This document shows, piece after piece, positions 54,536 through 63,691 of a DNA stretch of 64,000 nucleotides. The translations under genes were made by a program, and so were the position numbers. Under the pieces are notes generated by a model, which was not told the origin of the DNA, made no database searches, and was given only the letters and a program-made list of their open reading frames with translations. The DNA comes from a virus (lineage: Duplodnaviria; Caudoviricetes). The stretch lies in the IMG/VR virus record IMGVR_UViG_2523533545_000002, positions 2,718 through 66,717 of that record; one strand, given 5' to 3'. Positions within the stretch are counted from its first letter, which is position 1. The number at the start of each line of letters is the position of its first letter.

Positions 54536-55776
54536 GCTCCACCCCTCCCGAATGTGCCATGCACTACGTTCACCGCTGGCGCGGTAGTGGCGTAGTCAGC
54601 CCATGCTTGCATCAGCTCGCGGCGCTTTTCCAGCAGGTTGCTACGACTGTAGGCGGCCTCTGTCTGGTCGCGTTCATCGTGCGCCAGCGCCAGCTCACAA
54701 ACTTCACGCGGATAGTGGGTGTATTCACTCGCCCATGTGCGGAAGGTGGCGCGGAAGCCGTGGGTAGTTACGTCCGGTAGCCCCATTGTGCGCAGCAGGT
54801 TGAAGGTCGCGCCAATGTGCATGACGCCAGACTTGCTGCCGGTGCCTGGAAACAGATAAGTACTGCCAGCGATGCGCGGGATGGTTCGTAGTAAAGCAAC
54901 TGCTTGTCTTGAAAGTGGAATTGAAAACGGCTGCCGGGTTTTCATGCGTTCGGCAGGTAAGCTCCACGTGGCGGCGTCAAGGTCAAACTCGTCCCAAGTG
55001 GCAAAGCGAACCATTCCAGCGCGAGCGGCAGTCAAAATTAACAATTGCAGCGCATTAGCATCACGCCCCTCCATGGATGCCAGTCTTCCCATGAAAGTCG
55101 GTAGGTCGCGCCAAGCCATCGCTGGATGTTTGGTTTTTTGCCTAGCGCGCTTTTTGTCAGCACGACTTAAAAGGTTGTCCAGGTGGCCACGCCAGCGTGC
55201 AGGATTCTCCCCGGTCCTTAATTTGAGCGTTTTGGCTGCATCCAGCACCCGCTCAATGTGGCCGCGCAACTCATCGGCTGTCGCTGGTTTCGCACTCCAG
55301 ATCGGCTGCAGAGCACGTAGTACATGCTCCGTCTGTACCTGATCAGGTCGCAGCGTGCCCATAGTTGGGAGTGCGTAGCGCTCCATAATTGACAACCAGC
55401 CTTTGCGGCGGCGTTCAGTCAGGTGTTGGCAGTGTGCCGAATGGTAATCCAGCACCAGCGATTTGAAGGTAACGACATTTGCCTTCTCTGCTAGGTGCTG
55501 TTCTTGCTGGCGCTGCTGTTCGGCTCGGCGCTCATCCAAAGGGTCGCAGCCCTTCAGGATCAGGGCCCGTGCTTCAGCGGCGGCCTGTCTTGCTGTTTTG
55601 AGTTTTACCGCTGGATACGGTCCCAAGCCCATATCTCGGCGCTTGCCGTTGAGTTGGTAGCGCAGCAGCCATGACTTGTTGCCCCCGGCCTTGATTACCA
55701 GATAAAGCCCATCACCGTCCGAGTATCTACCCGGCTCGGTTAGGTGCTCGACTTGCTTTGGATTTAGCTCGCTCAT
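54532..55776 (-). CDS. int: P4-like tyrosine integrase (arm-binding domain)
   Basis: YSDGDGLYLVI...W..RY arm domain; TAAR, HGFRATF, LAH, AAYSR catalytic residues. Confidence 0.95.
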   Translation of the reverse strand: MSELNPKQVEHLTEPGRYSDGDGLYLVIKAGGNKSWLLRYQLNGKRRDMGLGPYPAVKLKTARQAAAEARALILKGCDPLDERRAEQQRQQEQHLAEKANVVTFKSLVLDYHSAHCQHLTERRRKGWLSIMERYALPTMGTLRPDQVQTEHVLRALQPIWSAKPATADELRGHIERVLDAAKTLKLRTGENPARWRGHLDNLLSRADKKRARQKTKHPAMAWRDLPTFMGRLASMEGRDANALQLLILTAARAGMVRFATWDEFDLDAATWSLPAERMKTRQPFSIPLSRQAVALLRTIPRIAGSTYLFPGTGSKSGVMHIGATFNLLRTMGLPDVTTHGFRATFRTWASEYTHYPREVCELALAHDERDQTEAAYSRSNLLEKRRELMQAWADYATTAPAVNVVHGTFGRGGA

Positions 55777-55782
55777 TGCAAC

Positions 55783-55803
55783 AGCCCCACACTCAGCCCC
55801 ACA
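55783..55803 (+). repeat. Arm-type integrase binding sites AGCCCCACA(C) x2
   Basis: Same tandem as 43446-43467. Confidence 0.8.
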
Positions 55804-55846
55804 TTTTTACGCGCTTTTAGGCGTACAGCTACATACCGCTACGTAC

Positions 55847-55855
55847 ATTATACCA
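55847..55855 (-). promoter_or_regulatory. Extended -10 promoter for the satellite integrase
   Basis: Minus strand TGG-TATAAT, about 70 bp upstream of int. Confidence 0.55.
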
Positions 55856-55918
55856 CCGTGTAGCCCAGTGTTTGCTGGGGTTGCGCATAATTACGCATTG
55901 CGGCGTACAAATAAAAAA

Positions 55919-55933
55919 CCCGCCTTGTGCGGG
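55919..55933 (+). repeat. Satellite att core (right copy) CCCGCCTTGTGCGGG
   Basis: Identical to 43375-43389; 22 bp before the tail-spike ATG. Confidence 0.9.
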
Positions 55934-55955
55934 CTTTTTCATGCCCGGAGAAAAT

Positions 55956-57776
55956 ATGCGATACAACACCGGAAACCCAGTTGAACCCGATGGCTCTAGT
56001 AGTCCGTTCGACTTGTTCGACAACGCCGGAAATATCGACTTGGCTGCTAACGGTGATGATCCCAACTGGATTGACCGGAAAGGGCGAGCGCGCAAGTCTC
56101 TGAAGGGCATGGAGATTGATTTCCAGAATTTCCTTCTGGCTTCTGGTTACGAATACATCGGCGACTATGACACTGATTCGCCTCTGACCATCCGGCGAGC
56201 GAACCAGGTCTTTTCGAAAGACGGTGAGTACTGGAGGTCAGGCCCATCGCTTAGCCTGCCATTCACTACGACGGGCTCATGGGCTGCTGACGGACCATTG
56301 TTTGTAACAGTCGGCGATGCAGTCCTTCGGCAAACCCTTGCATCCGGTGTCGGCGGTTCAATGATCGGCATTACTGCCGGCTATGAAGGGGCTGAGCCTA
56401 GAGACCTGCAGGCCAAGCTGAACGAAATGCTCAGCGTTGAGGATTTAGGCGCGAAGCCCGCCCCGTTCGATTCAACCCTGGCCTTCGCCAAGGCACTAGC
56501 AACCGGGCGCAGCTTCCAATGCGAAGGCAGCCATTACTACGTAGGCATCACGATTGCTCCCACAGCCGACGGCCAGATGATTTCTGGTAACGGCAAGATG
56601 GGGCAAACGGTAATCGAGAACCCGTACAATTCTAATCCGCTTTACCAGTCCTCAGTTGGCCCAGGCGCTGCGTACAAGCGCCGAATTGGAGTTCGGGATA
56701 TCGAGTTTGTCGGAAACCCAACGACTTTGGGTGGCATGTTGCTGCGCGGGATCATCAGTGATGGCCTGACTGGCGATGCCGACAAGTCGTGCGAGTTCAG
56801 GAACATTAAAGTGCGCGATGTCGGGGCGGGCCCTGCGCTGACCGTTAATGCCTGGTGCAACAACCTGTACAGCATCGAGCTTTGGGACAACTATCAGGGT
56901 CTGAAGCTCGGAGCAGAGGCCAATGCGTTTGGCGCCTATGGTCTGTACATCACCGGTTGCCAGAAAGAGGCAATCGTTCTGCCGCAGGGATCTGGGCAGC
57001 CTTCGGTCATCAACTTCTACAACACCACCTGCCAGTATTCGGGTGGGGATGAGTACATGATCGATATCCGCGATGGATACGCGATCAAGTTCTATGGCCT
57101 TTACCTGGAGGGCAGCCGCGCCCCGCTTGGTCCGATCAACGTCGGCGGCCAGGCAGCTATGGTTGGTTTCGACAACGTCATGCACAACTTGGTTGACGGG
57201 GTTCCAAGCGTCCCGATCATCACCACCAACGTGAAGCACTGCCACGTCAAGGGCATCGTCAACCTAGGTGGCGCAATGGCTTCCTTCGTGAAGATCACCG
57301 GCACCCTGCCTTTCACCCACGTCGAGGGCTATCACGTTGCCGTTGGCTCGGTTGCTACACCCGTGGATGACCAGTCAACCCGCCGTTCGACCATCGTCCA
57401 GAACTGGGATGGTAGCGAGTTCGGCATGACCACCTTCAAGAACCTGGCGGCCCAGCACCTAACAGAATGGAGAACCACCGAGGCCAACACACTCATCATG
57501 TACGTAGACGGAGGTGGCCGGCTGGTGTTCGGCCCGGACGCAACTGCACCAACGCTTTCTAGAGCGGGCGGAACGATGTCGCTCACTTACAGCGCGGGCA
57601 TCGGCACGTTCAGGGCGCCACGATTCGGCATTGGGGCGGACAAGTTGATACTTGATGTTCCCTCGTCACCGGAAGGGGCCTTCGCAGCTCCGCCGGGCTC
57701 CCTTGCCATGTCCAGCAATGGCAAGCAGTACACAAAAGATAACGGCGTCGGCAACATAGGGTGGCTGCAGATATGA
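55956..57776 (+). CDS. Tail spike / putative polysaccharide depolymerase
   Basis: Conserved MRYNTGNPV...GDAVLRQTL virion-anchor N-terminus, then SVEDLGAK..DST.AF and a beta-helix-like G/N/I-rich body. Confidence 0.82.
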   Translation: MRYNTGNPVEPDGSSSPFDLFDNAGNIDLAANGDDPNWIDRKGRARKSLKGMEIDFQNFLLASGYEYIGDYDTDSPLTIRRANQVFSKDGEYWRSGPSLSLPFTTTGSWAADGPLFVTVGDAVLRQTLASGVGGSMIGITAGYEGAEPRDLQAKLNEMLSVEDLGAKPAPFDSTLAFAKALATGRSFQCEGSHYYVGITIAPTADGQMISGNGKMGQTVIENPYNSNPLYQSSVGPGAAYKRRIGVRDIEFVGNPTTLGGMLLRGIISDGLTGDADKSCEFRNIKVRDVGAGPALTVNAWCNNLYSIELWDNYQGLKLGAEANAFGAYGLYITGCQKEAIVLPQGSGQPSVINFYNTTCQYSGGDEYMIDIRDGYAIKFYGLYLEGSRAPLGPINVGGQAAMVGFDNVMHNLVDGVPSVPIITTNVKHCHVKGIVNLGGAMASFVKITGTLPFTHVEGYHVAVGSVATPVDDQSTRRSTIVQNWDGSEFGMTTFKNLAAQHLTEWRTTEANTLIMYVDGGGRLVFGPDATAPTLSRAGGTMSLTYSAGIGTFRAPRFGIGADKLILDVPSSPEGAFAAPPGSLAMSSNGKQYTKDNGVGNIGWLQI

Positions 57777-58084
57777 AAGTGATCCTGGATAAAGAAGGAA
57801 AGCTAATTAACATCGGGGCCTGGGACTTCATGGTCTCCCACGGCGAGAATGGCGAAATGGCGATCACCAATCCGATTCCAGAAGGTGCTTATGAGGCAGA
57901 GGTGGATATTGCGTTCTGCAAGAACGGCAGAGCCTTCCTGGCTGACGACTATTACAACCTGCGAAAGGCGGAATACCCAGATATCGGCGATCAGCTCGAC
58001 GCCCTGTTCAGGGCGGGTGCATTCCCCGTTGAAATGGCGGCAAAACTTCAGGCGGTTAAGGATAGATATCCCAAGCCAGACTGA
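57773..58084 (+). CDS. Small tail-spike-associated protein
   Basis: RKAEYPDIGDQLD...AVKDRYPKP; ATGA overlap. Confidence 0.6.
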   Translation: MKVILDKEGKLINIGAWDFMVSHGENGEMAITNPIPEGAYEAEVDIAFCKNGRAFLADDYYNLRKAEYPDIGDQLDALFRAGAFPVEMAAKLQAVKDRYPKPD

Positions 58085-58163
58085 CGGCTAGTAGCCAAGT
58101 TATTGAAGGTCTCTGTGCCCCTGTGCCCGCCCCGCGCGGGCTTCTTTTTGTCTGGAGAACCCC

Positions 58164-58379
58164 ATGCCTTACATCGTCATCAACACCAGCAACCACTACG
58201 ATCCCGCCAACCAGATCCATCACGCGACCGAGGAAGCCGCCGACCAGGCAGCGCGGGATCTGCTGGCTGCTCAACCAGCGGTAATCGTACATACGGCCAA
58301 AGTGCTCAAGCGCTACACCGCCGAGGTGACGGTGACTGTCGATGAGCCTGAGTCGGTCGAACCGATGGAGGAAGCCTGA
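58164..58379 (+). CDS. Small phage hypothetical protein
   Basis: GGAG RBS; coupled to the endolysin gene. Confidence 0.55.
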   Translation: MPYIVINTSNHYDPANQIHHATEEAADQAARDLLAAQPAVIVHTAKVLKRYTAEVTVTVDEPESVEPMEEA

Positions 58380-58999
58380 TGCCCATTACCGAGCAGCAGT
58401 TGCTGCAGATCCTTCCTAATGCCCGCCCAGTCGCGGGTATTTTTTTGCCTGCGATAAACCGGGCGATGGCCCGCTTCAAGATCGACAGCCGGGTGCGCCA
58501 GGCGGCGTTCCTGGCCCAGATCGGTCATGAGTCGGGCCACCTGCGCAACCTGGTGGAGAACCTGAACTACAGCGCCGAGGCTCTCATGCGTACCTGGACG
58601 ACCCGGTTCAATGCTGCCCTGGCCAAGGAATATGCCCGCCAGCCGGAGCGCATCGCCAATGTCGTGTACAACGCACGCATGGGCAACATCCACCCGGGCG
58701 ATGGCTGGCGCTTCCGCGGGCGTGGCCTGATTCAGCTCACCGGGCGGGCGAACTATGCAGCCGCCGGTGCCGGGCTAGGCCTGCCGCTGGAGGATCAACC
58801 ACAATTGCTCGAGCAGCCGGAGCATGCCGCCATGTCTGCCGCCTGGTGGTGGGCGAAGCATGGGCTGAACGAACTGGCCGATGCCGGCCGGTTCCAGGAT
58901 ATCGGCAGCGTGATCAACACTGGCAAGCCCGGCCGGGTGCCGCATGGTGCTGCTGAGCGCAAGGCGCTGTATGACCGAGCGTTGCAGGTGCTGGTATGA
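58379..58999 (+). CDS. Endolysin, glycoside hydrolase family 19
   Basis: AFLAQIGHESG, ENLNYSA, FRGRGLIQLTGRANY. Confidence 0.92.
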   Translation: MPITEQQLLQILPNARPVAGIFLPAINRAMARFKIDSRVRQAAFLAQIGHESGHLRNLVENLNYSAEALMRTWTTRFNAALAKEYARQPERIANVVYNARMGNIHPGDGWRFRGRGLIQLTGRANYAAAGAGLGLPLEDQPQLLEQPEHAAMSAAWWWAKHGLNELADAGRFQDIGSVINTGKPGRVPHGAAERKALYDRALQVLV

Positions 59000-59370
59000 C
59001 CGCGACAGTAGGGCGGTTGGCTGCCTACTTATTGGGTGCGCTGCTGCTCCTCGGCCTGGGCGCCGCCGGCGGCGTGTGGCTGGCGGTCGACCACTTCCGG
59101 CCACTGCTCGACACCGCGAATGACAGCCTGGGCAAGTGCCAGACTGCCTGGGGCAACCTTGAGATCTTGACCACTGAGCAGGGGCTGAAGCTGGGCGAAC
59201 TGGTCCTGGCCGGGAACGAGCGCCAGGCTAGGGCAGGACTGGCTATGAAGGAGGCCACGGATCGGGCCAAGGATGATTTCGCCGCGGCAAACCGCCTGCA
59301 GCAAGAACGCACCGGCGGGGACCAATGTGCGGCGGCCGCCTCAATCATCGATCAGGAGCTTGGCCTATGA
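58996..59370 (+). CDS. Inner-membrane spanin (Rz-like)
   Basis: N-terminal TM followed by coiled coil; after the endolysin. Confidence 0.7.
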   Translation: MTATVGRLAAYLLGALLLLGLGAAGGVWLAVDHFRPLLDTANDSLGKCQTAWGNLEILTTEQGLKLGELVLAGNERQARAGLAMKEATDRAKDDFAAANRLQQERTGGDQCAAAASIIDQELGL

Positions 59371-59627
59371 GGTTTGCACTTTTAATAGTTGCTGCGGGGC
59401 TGGCCGGATGTGCTGGCCAGGTTGAGTCTGAGATCCGCACTGTGCGCGTTGAGGTGCCAGTTCTGGTGCCGTGCCGGGCTCCGGATGTCGCAGTGCCATC
59501 ATGGGCCGTTGCCGGTCTGAAGAAGGGAGATGGCCTGGAAGTGAAGGTGAGGGCGTTGCTGGCAGAGCGGCGACAGCGGATTGGGTACGAGAGACAGCTG
59601 ATTTCCGCCGTTGCCGCTTGTCGGTAG
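59367..59627 (+). CDS. Outer-membrane lipoprotein spanin (Rz1-like)
   Basis: Lipobox LAGC; Pro/Val-rich; ends in C. Confidence 0.7.
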   Translation: MRFALLIVAAGLAGCAGQVESEIRTVRVEVPVLVPCRAPDVAVPSWAVAGLKKGDGLEVKVRALLAERRQRIGYERQLISAVAACR

Positions 59628-59747
59628 CGCACTCGAGGTAGCGTTCTTCTTGCTTCGGTTGTGGTTTAGTGATGGCCACATTCTGCTGGCGGAGCCATTA
59701 GGAATTCTCGATAATGGCGGTTTGCTTTAGCGCATCAGAGAAGATTT

Positions 59748-60893
59748 ATGTCCGGTAATAATATAAAAAAATATGATTACATAGATGCCCTTCGTGGGGT
59801 CGCGATAGCCCTAGTAGTCCTTGTTCACGCCTCTCAGTACGTCAAACCATTATCTGATGTATTGATGCGAATAATGACCGAGGGAGCAAGAGGTGTTCAG
59901 CTTTTTTACATCGCTAGCGCTATCACACTTTGTATGTCATGGAGCGCACGACGGAAAGATGATCTGAATCCGATCCGTGATTTCTATTTGCGAAGAGTTT
60001 TCAGAATTGCGCCAATGTTCTACTTGGCTATCGCGTTGTTTCTCTTTTTGAATGGTGCGGCGGCGTCATACTTTGCCCCGAATGGTATTAGCTGGTGGTT
60101 CGTGCCTGTGACCGCGTTGTTTTTGCATGGTTTCCACCCTGAAACCATAAACTCGGTCGTTCCAGGAGGTTGGTCAGTAGCAGTTGAGATGACCTTCTAT
60201 CTCGTATTTCCTCTACTAGTTCGTATTGAAAGTTTTAAATATCTTGTTTTACTTCTGTTGCTTTCGCTGTTTCTTCAGAAGGCGAACGCGCCGATTGCAG
60301 GGGTGATTTTTCAGTATGAACCTACTCAGAAATATCTGATCGAAGGTTTTGCCTTCTATAATTTCATTGGTCAATTGCCGGTGTTTGTAATTGGATTGAT
60401 CACATACCGATTTCTTGCCACGACGCGACAAGTTGATGCGAGGCTTGTGGCGTTCGCCTCCGCCGTGTTTTTAGTGCTTGCCTTCGAGTTCTGGAACCCC
60501 CATCAGACTTTTGTTCCAAGTCATGTAGTTGCAGGGGCGATTTTTGCCATTTTTTCGGTGTTTTTAGCCAGGAAACCAATTGCCTTGCTGGTAAATCCAC
60601 TGACGGTGCTGCTTGGGAAGTTGAGCTTTAGCATGTACCTCGTGCATATCGCGATTCTTAAACTGTTGAGCGGGACAAAAATTCCGGCTGCAATGGGTGA
60701 GGGTGATGTGAACAGTGTTTTGTTTTTTTTGTTTGTTCTCGCCGTCACCGCGGTTGTGTCATGGGTAACCTATAACACTATCGAAAAGCCAGGGGTTGCG
60801 ATGGGGCGGAGATTGATTGAAAGGCTGGAAGCTGGGCGTGCAGCCGAACTGTTGGCTACGAGTCCAACGAAGTTGAAAAATAGTAGTCAATAG
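59748..60893 (+). CDS. Acyltransferase-3 (OafA-like) membrane protein
   Basis: IDALRGVAIALVVLVH, GVQLFYIAS, RRVFRIAP, WSVAVEMTFY, SFSMYLVH. Confidence 0.9.
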   Translation: MSGNNIKKYDYIDALRGVAIALVVLVHASQYVKPLSDVLMRIMTEGARGVQLFYIASAITLCMSWSARRKDDLNPIRDFYLRRVFRIAPMFYLAIALFLFLNGAAASYFAPNGISWWFVPVTALFLHGFHPETINSVVPGGWSVAVEMTFYLVFPLLVRIESFKYLVLLLLLSLFLQKANAPIAGVIFQYEPTQKYLIEGFAFYNFIGQLPVFVIGLITYRFLATTRQVDARLVAFASAVFLVLAFEFWNPHQTFVPSHVVAGAIFAIFSVFLARKPIALLVNPLTVLLGKLSFSMYLVHIAILKLLSGTKIPAAMGEGDVNSVLFFLFVLAVTAVVSWVTYNTIEKPGVAMGRRLIERLEAGRAAELLATSPTKLKNSSQ

Positions 60894-60950
60894 ACGCGGT
60901 AGCGCGTTTCTATATTGGAATGTCGATTGAGTTGAATGCATAGGTGTGGA

Positions 60951-62063
60951 ATGTCGCGGATGACGCTGGATCAATCACAACAACTTGACTCTATTCGAGC
61001 GCTGGCGGCTTTTTCAGTGTTGCTGGGACACACCTATCAAACCTTGTTGCTACCAACGCTGAATGTTTGGTTTACTGCGATAGTATTGCTGTCTCAGTTC
61101 GCTGTTATGGCATTTTTTGTGTTGAGTGGGTTTCTCATTGGTAAGTCCGTATGCAATAACATATTAAAGAATTCGTATTTCGACGTTGGTCGTTACTTTT
61201 TCGATAGGTCGCTTCGCCTCTATCCGCCGCTAATGGCTGCGTTAGTTTTGATGGTAGGGCTTGGCTGGCTGGCTCCTTTCGTGTTTCCCTCCGGCTCTAA
61301 TTATTTTCTGCCGCTTGAAGGAGCAATGTTTATTCGGTCAGAGTTTGTGGTTTCTGTCCGTGATATCTGGGGGGCGCTAACGTTTCTCAATGGTTTTAAG
61401 GTCGAGAATCCACCAGCTAACAGCCCTTTGTGGAGCTTATCGATTGAGGCATGGTACTACGTAGTTGCTGCCGCGATTGTCCTATGGGGTCGGCGAAAAG
61501 TGTTGTCGACTTTCCTAATTGCGGTTGTGGCTTTTGTAAGTTATGGGAATGCATTGTTCTACATGCTAGCCCCGGTATGGTTCGCGGGGTTCGGCCTGGC
61601 ATTTATTCATCAGCGCAATTCGATGATGAAGGGCAAGGTGTTTTGGGTGACGTTCCTTGTTATGAGCTTTATTGCTGCTGCCTCAATTGCATACGCCCTA
61701 TATCCAAATCCTTCGGGTAACGAGATTGTCTATAGTAAGGTGAATTTATTCCGCTTGGCTTCTGGGCTTTGGTTTGCCTGCTTCCTGGCATTGCTTTTGG
61801 GTGGGGTTTTACGTTTTCCAAAGAGTTTGCACCGGCACGCTAGTTATTCTTACACGCTCTACGTTGTTCACTTTCCAATAATGCTTTTTGCTCTGGGGGT
61901 ATCACAGCACTACATCTATGGTCACAGTGCCAGGTCGTGGCTCGTGAGCTGTGCGGTAGTGTTCGTCTCGATTGGAGTGTCTCGGGTGTTGAGCAGGTGG
62001 CTTGAAAACAAAGCCTGGCTGTCTGCAGTCCTCAGCGTTGCCGCTAATAAAAAATCGGCATAG
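60951..62063 (+). CDS. Second, divergent acyltransferase-3 membrane protein
   Basis: LDSIRALAAFSVLLGH, FFVLSGFLI, RSLRLYP, WSLSIEAWYY, SYTLYVVH. Confidence 0.9.
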   Translation: MSRMTLDQSQQLDSIRALAAFSVLLGHTYQTLLLPTLNVWFTAIVLLSQFAVMAFFVLSGFLIGKSVCNNILKNSYFDVGRYFFDRSLRLYPPLMAALVLMVGLGWLAPFVFPSGSNYFLPLEGAMFIRSEFVVSVRDIWGALTFLNGFKVENPPANSPLWSLSIEAWYYVVAAAIVLWGRRKVLSTFLIAVVAFVSYGNALFYMLAPVWFAGFGLAFIHQRNSMMKGKVFWVTFLVMSFIAAASIAYALYPNPSGNEIVYSKVNLFRLASGLWFACFLALLLGGVLRFPKSLHRHASYSYTLYVVHFPIMLFALGVSQHYIYGHSARSWLVSCAVVFVSIGVSRVLSRWLENKAWLSAVLSVAANKKSA

Positions 62064-62155
62064 TTTCGCCGGTTGATCGACCAAGCTCGAGGGGCTGGGC
62101 TGCTCTGTGGGAGATTTTGGGGCGGCAGAGCGCCGAAGGAAGGGCGGTGGGGGCG

Positions 62156-62185
62156 TGGGACAAATCTGGGACATCGAATGTCCCA
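62156..62185. repeat. Prophage arm-type att sites TGGGACA x2 + TGTCCCA
   Basis: 62156-62, 62167-73 and inverted copy at 62179-85, about 100 bp from the att core. Confidence 0.6.
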
Positions 62186-62278
62186 AATGGTGATGAATAC
62201 AGATGCATGAACATTAGGGGGCGCCCTTTATTTACGGGGGCTTCAGCGATTGGGCTCAATAAAATATCAGGTCGATAA

Positions 62279-62326
62279 CGGATTGCAAATCCGTCTACGC
62301 CGGTTCGATTCCGACCTCGGCCTCCA
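62279..62326 (+). pseudogene. 3' fragment of tRNA-Cys(GCA) forming the prophage att core
   Basis: CGGATTGCAAATCCG anticodon arm, T-arm GCCGGTTCGATTCCGAC and CCA are present; the 5' acceptor strand and D-arm are absent. Confidence 0.88.
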
Positions 62327-62338
62327 TTATTGAAAGCA

Positions 62339-62365
62339 CCGCAGATTAACGTCTGCGGGGTTTTT
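62339..62365 (+). terminator. Terminator following the tRNA 3' end
   Basis: CCGCAGA/TCTGCGG stem plus T-tract. Confidence 0.65.
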
Positions 62366-62426
62366 CTTTGTGCGCTGGAAAGTTCGGAAGTCCCAAAACA
62401 ATTAGACGACAGCCCCAAAACGGTCC

Positions 62427-62765
62427 TCACTTGGAGGGCTTGGCAATGGCGCCGACGCGATGGTAAACGCGCATCCGTGATGCCCTGTTTCGAGTGGCCG
62501 AGCAGCACGCTCGCATCGCTCAGATCGTTGATCTCTGAAGCCGCTTTCGGTCGGATATTCCTGAATTGGAACTGGGCGATTCGGTTGGTCAGGTCAGCGC
62601 TTTTCTCTACTTCCGCTTTCACCCAGTCAGCCTCACGCGCATCTGCTCACCTGTTGCGCAGCATCGACCAGCTATCCGTTTGCCATGCTCGTTGACGATG
62701 AAAAACGGTGACAGGTGTTGCCCTGCTCGACGCATGATGCAGTCGAGCAGGGCACCTAGGCTGTG
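62427..62765 (-). pseudogene. C-terminal relic of a tyrosine integrase from an older element
   Basis: FRNIRPKAASE...LLGHS; deleting the one base at 62473 restores ITERVYHRVGAIAKPSK*. Confidence 0.8.
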
Positions 62766-62991
62766 CTGCTTGAAGGGGCCACTGCCGCAGGCTGCCATTC
62801 TGTATGAATGGTTTGTCGCGCCGGTGGAGCGGGTCAACGGCCAGCTCCAGATCACCTTGCAGTTGCCCTGCGCAGACGATGCCCCGCACGCCGCGCTGTT
62901 CCCCGCGGACATTATCAGCCCACCGAGTGGCCGGGTGCCGTTGCTGACTGATGTCGTTGCAGAACCCGCCGCCCAGGAGTCGGGAGTATGA
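62766..62991 (+). pseudogene. 3' relic of a phage tail-fibre-associated gene
   Basis: WFVAPVERVNGQLQITLQLP...FPADII...; no start; abuts the integrase relic (junction approximate). Confidence 0.5.
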
Positions 62992-63323
62992 ACGGCAATA
63001 TCGACTGGACTCGTATGGTCACCAAGGAAATGAAAGAGCAGGCCGCAGCTCGGCAGTACTTGGCCGCCGTGGTCGCCGAGACCGCCGCTTACCGTGCCTC
63101 TGCCGTTGCTGCCATCGCCCCGCTGCAGGATACGGTCGATATCGACGAAGCCACCGAGGCAGAGGTGGTCGCGCTCAAGGCCTGGGAAAAATACCGGGTG
63201 GCCCTGAACCGGCTACCGGAGCAGGCCGGATACCCCGACACAATTGACTGGCCGGCACCACCAGCCTGGGCGATGCAGGAACCGTTATCAGGGATGTCTG
63301 CCAGCGACCCTGGGAGGTTATGA
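62988..63323 (+). CDS. Tail fibre assembly chaperone (relic prophage)
   Basis: IAPLQDTVD...LKAWEKYRVALNR...GYPDTIDWPAPP. Confidence 0.75.
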   Translation: MNGNIDWTRMVTKEMKEQAAARQYLAAVVAETAAYRASAVAAIAPLQDTVDIDEATEAEVVALKAWEKYRVALNRLPEQAGYPDTIDWPAPPAWAMQEPLSGMSASDPGRL

Positions 63324-63691
63324 TTTCGCTTTGTCTTTTTGCGGCCAACTCTTTTTGACGGTTCTTCTTGTCCAATCGGTAGCCCCACCAGAGTGTGGCG
63401 ATACCGAAAACAACCAGCCGTGCTATTTGATATATGGGCACTATTTTCTCCTTGAAAATTAGACACGCAGAACGATTTGGCTGCGTCGTGCAAAATTTTT
63501 CCGAAGTGCTCAAGTGCGTGACGAGTGAGCGGCGATTTGATCGAGGCTATTGATCAGGGCCTAAGGAAAAGAAAGACCTGCGAGCAGGCCTAGGGTGGCC
63601 TGCTGCAATAACGTTCAGGAGCAGTGAGAGCAAGAGTGGTTTTTCTGGTTGTTTTTATGGGCCTTTAGCTTGTTACTCTCTTTGGATCGAT

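Larger units (their letters stand above)
43375..55933 (-). mobile_element. Helper-embedded phage satellite (PICI/P4-like integrative element), 12,544-bp excision unit
   Basis: 15-bp direct repeats at both ends, own integrase next to one att, AlpA, primase-helicase, iteron origin, AT-rich cargo; phage tail genes resume on the other side. Confidence 0.92.
1..62326. mobile_element. Lambdoid (siphovirus-type) prophage; left end outside window, right att at tRNA-Cys 3' duplicate
   Basis: Complete lambda-like order: early-left, cI/cro, replication, nin, Q, head, tail, lysis. No sheath gene. Ends at a tRNA 3' fragment followed by a tRNA-type terminator. Confidence 0.95.

Noticed and set aside
43375-55933. 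Capsid-forming PICI or P4 with Sid/Psu/terS
   Set aside because: No recognisable capsid, terminase, portal, Sid or Psu gene. Remote homologues among the unknown ORFs cannot be excluded without HMM searches.
62279-62326. Intact tRNA-Cys gene
   Set aside because: The 5' acceptor strand and D-arm are missing; this is the duplicated att fragment.
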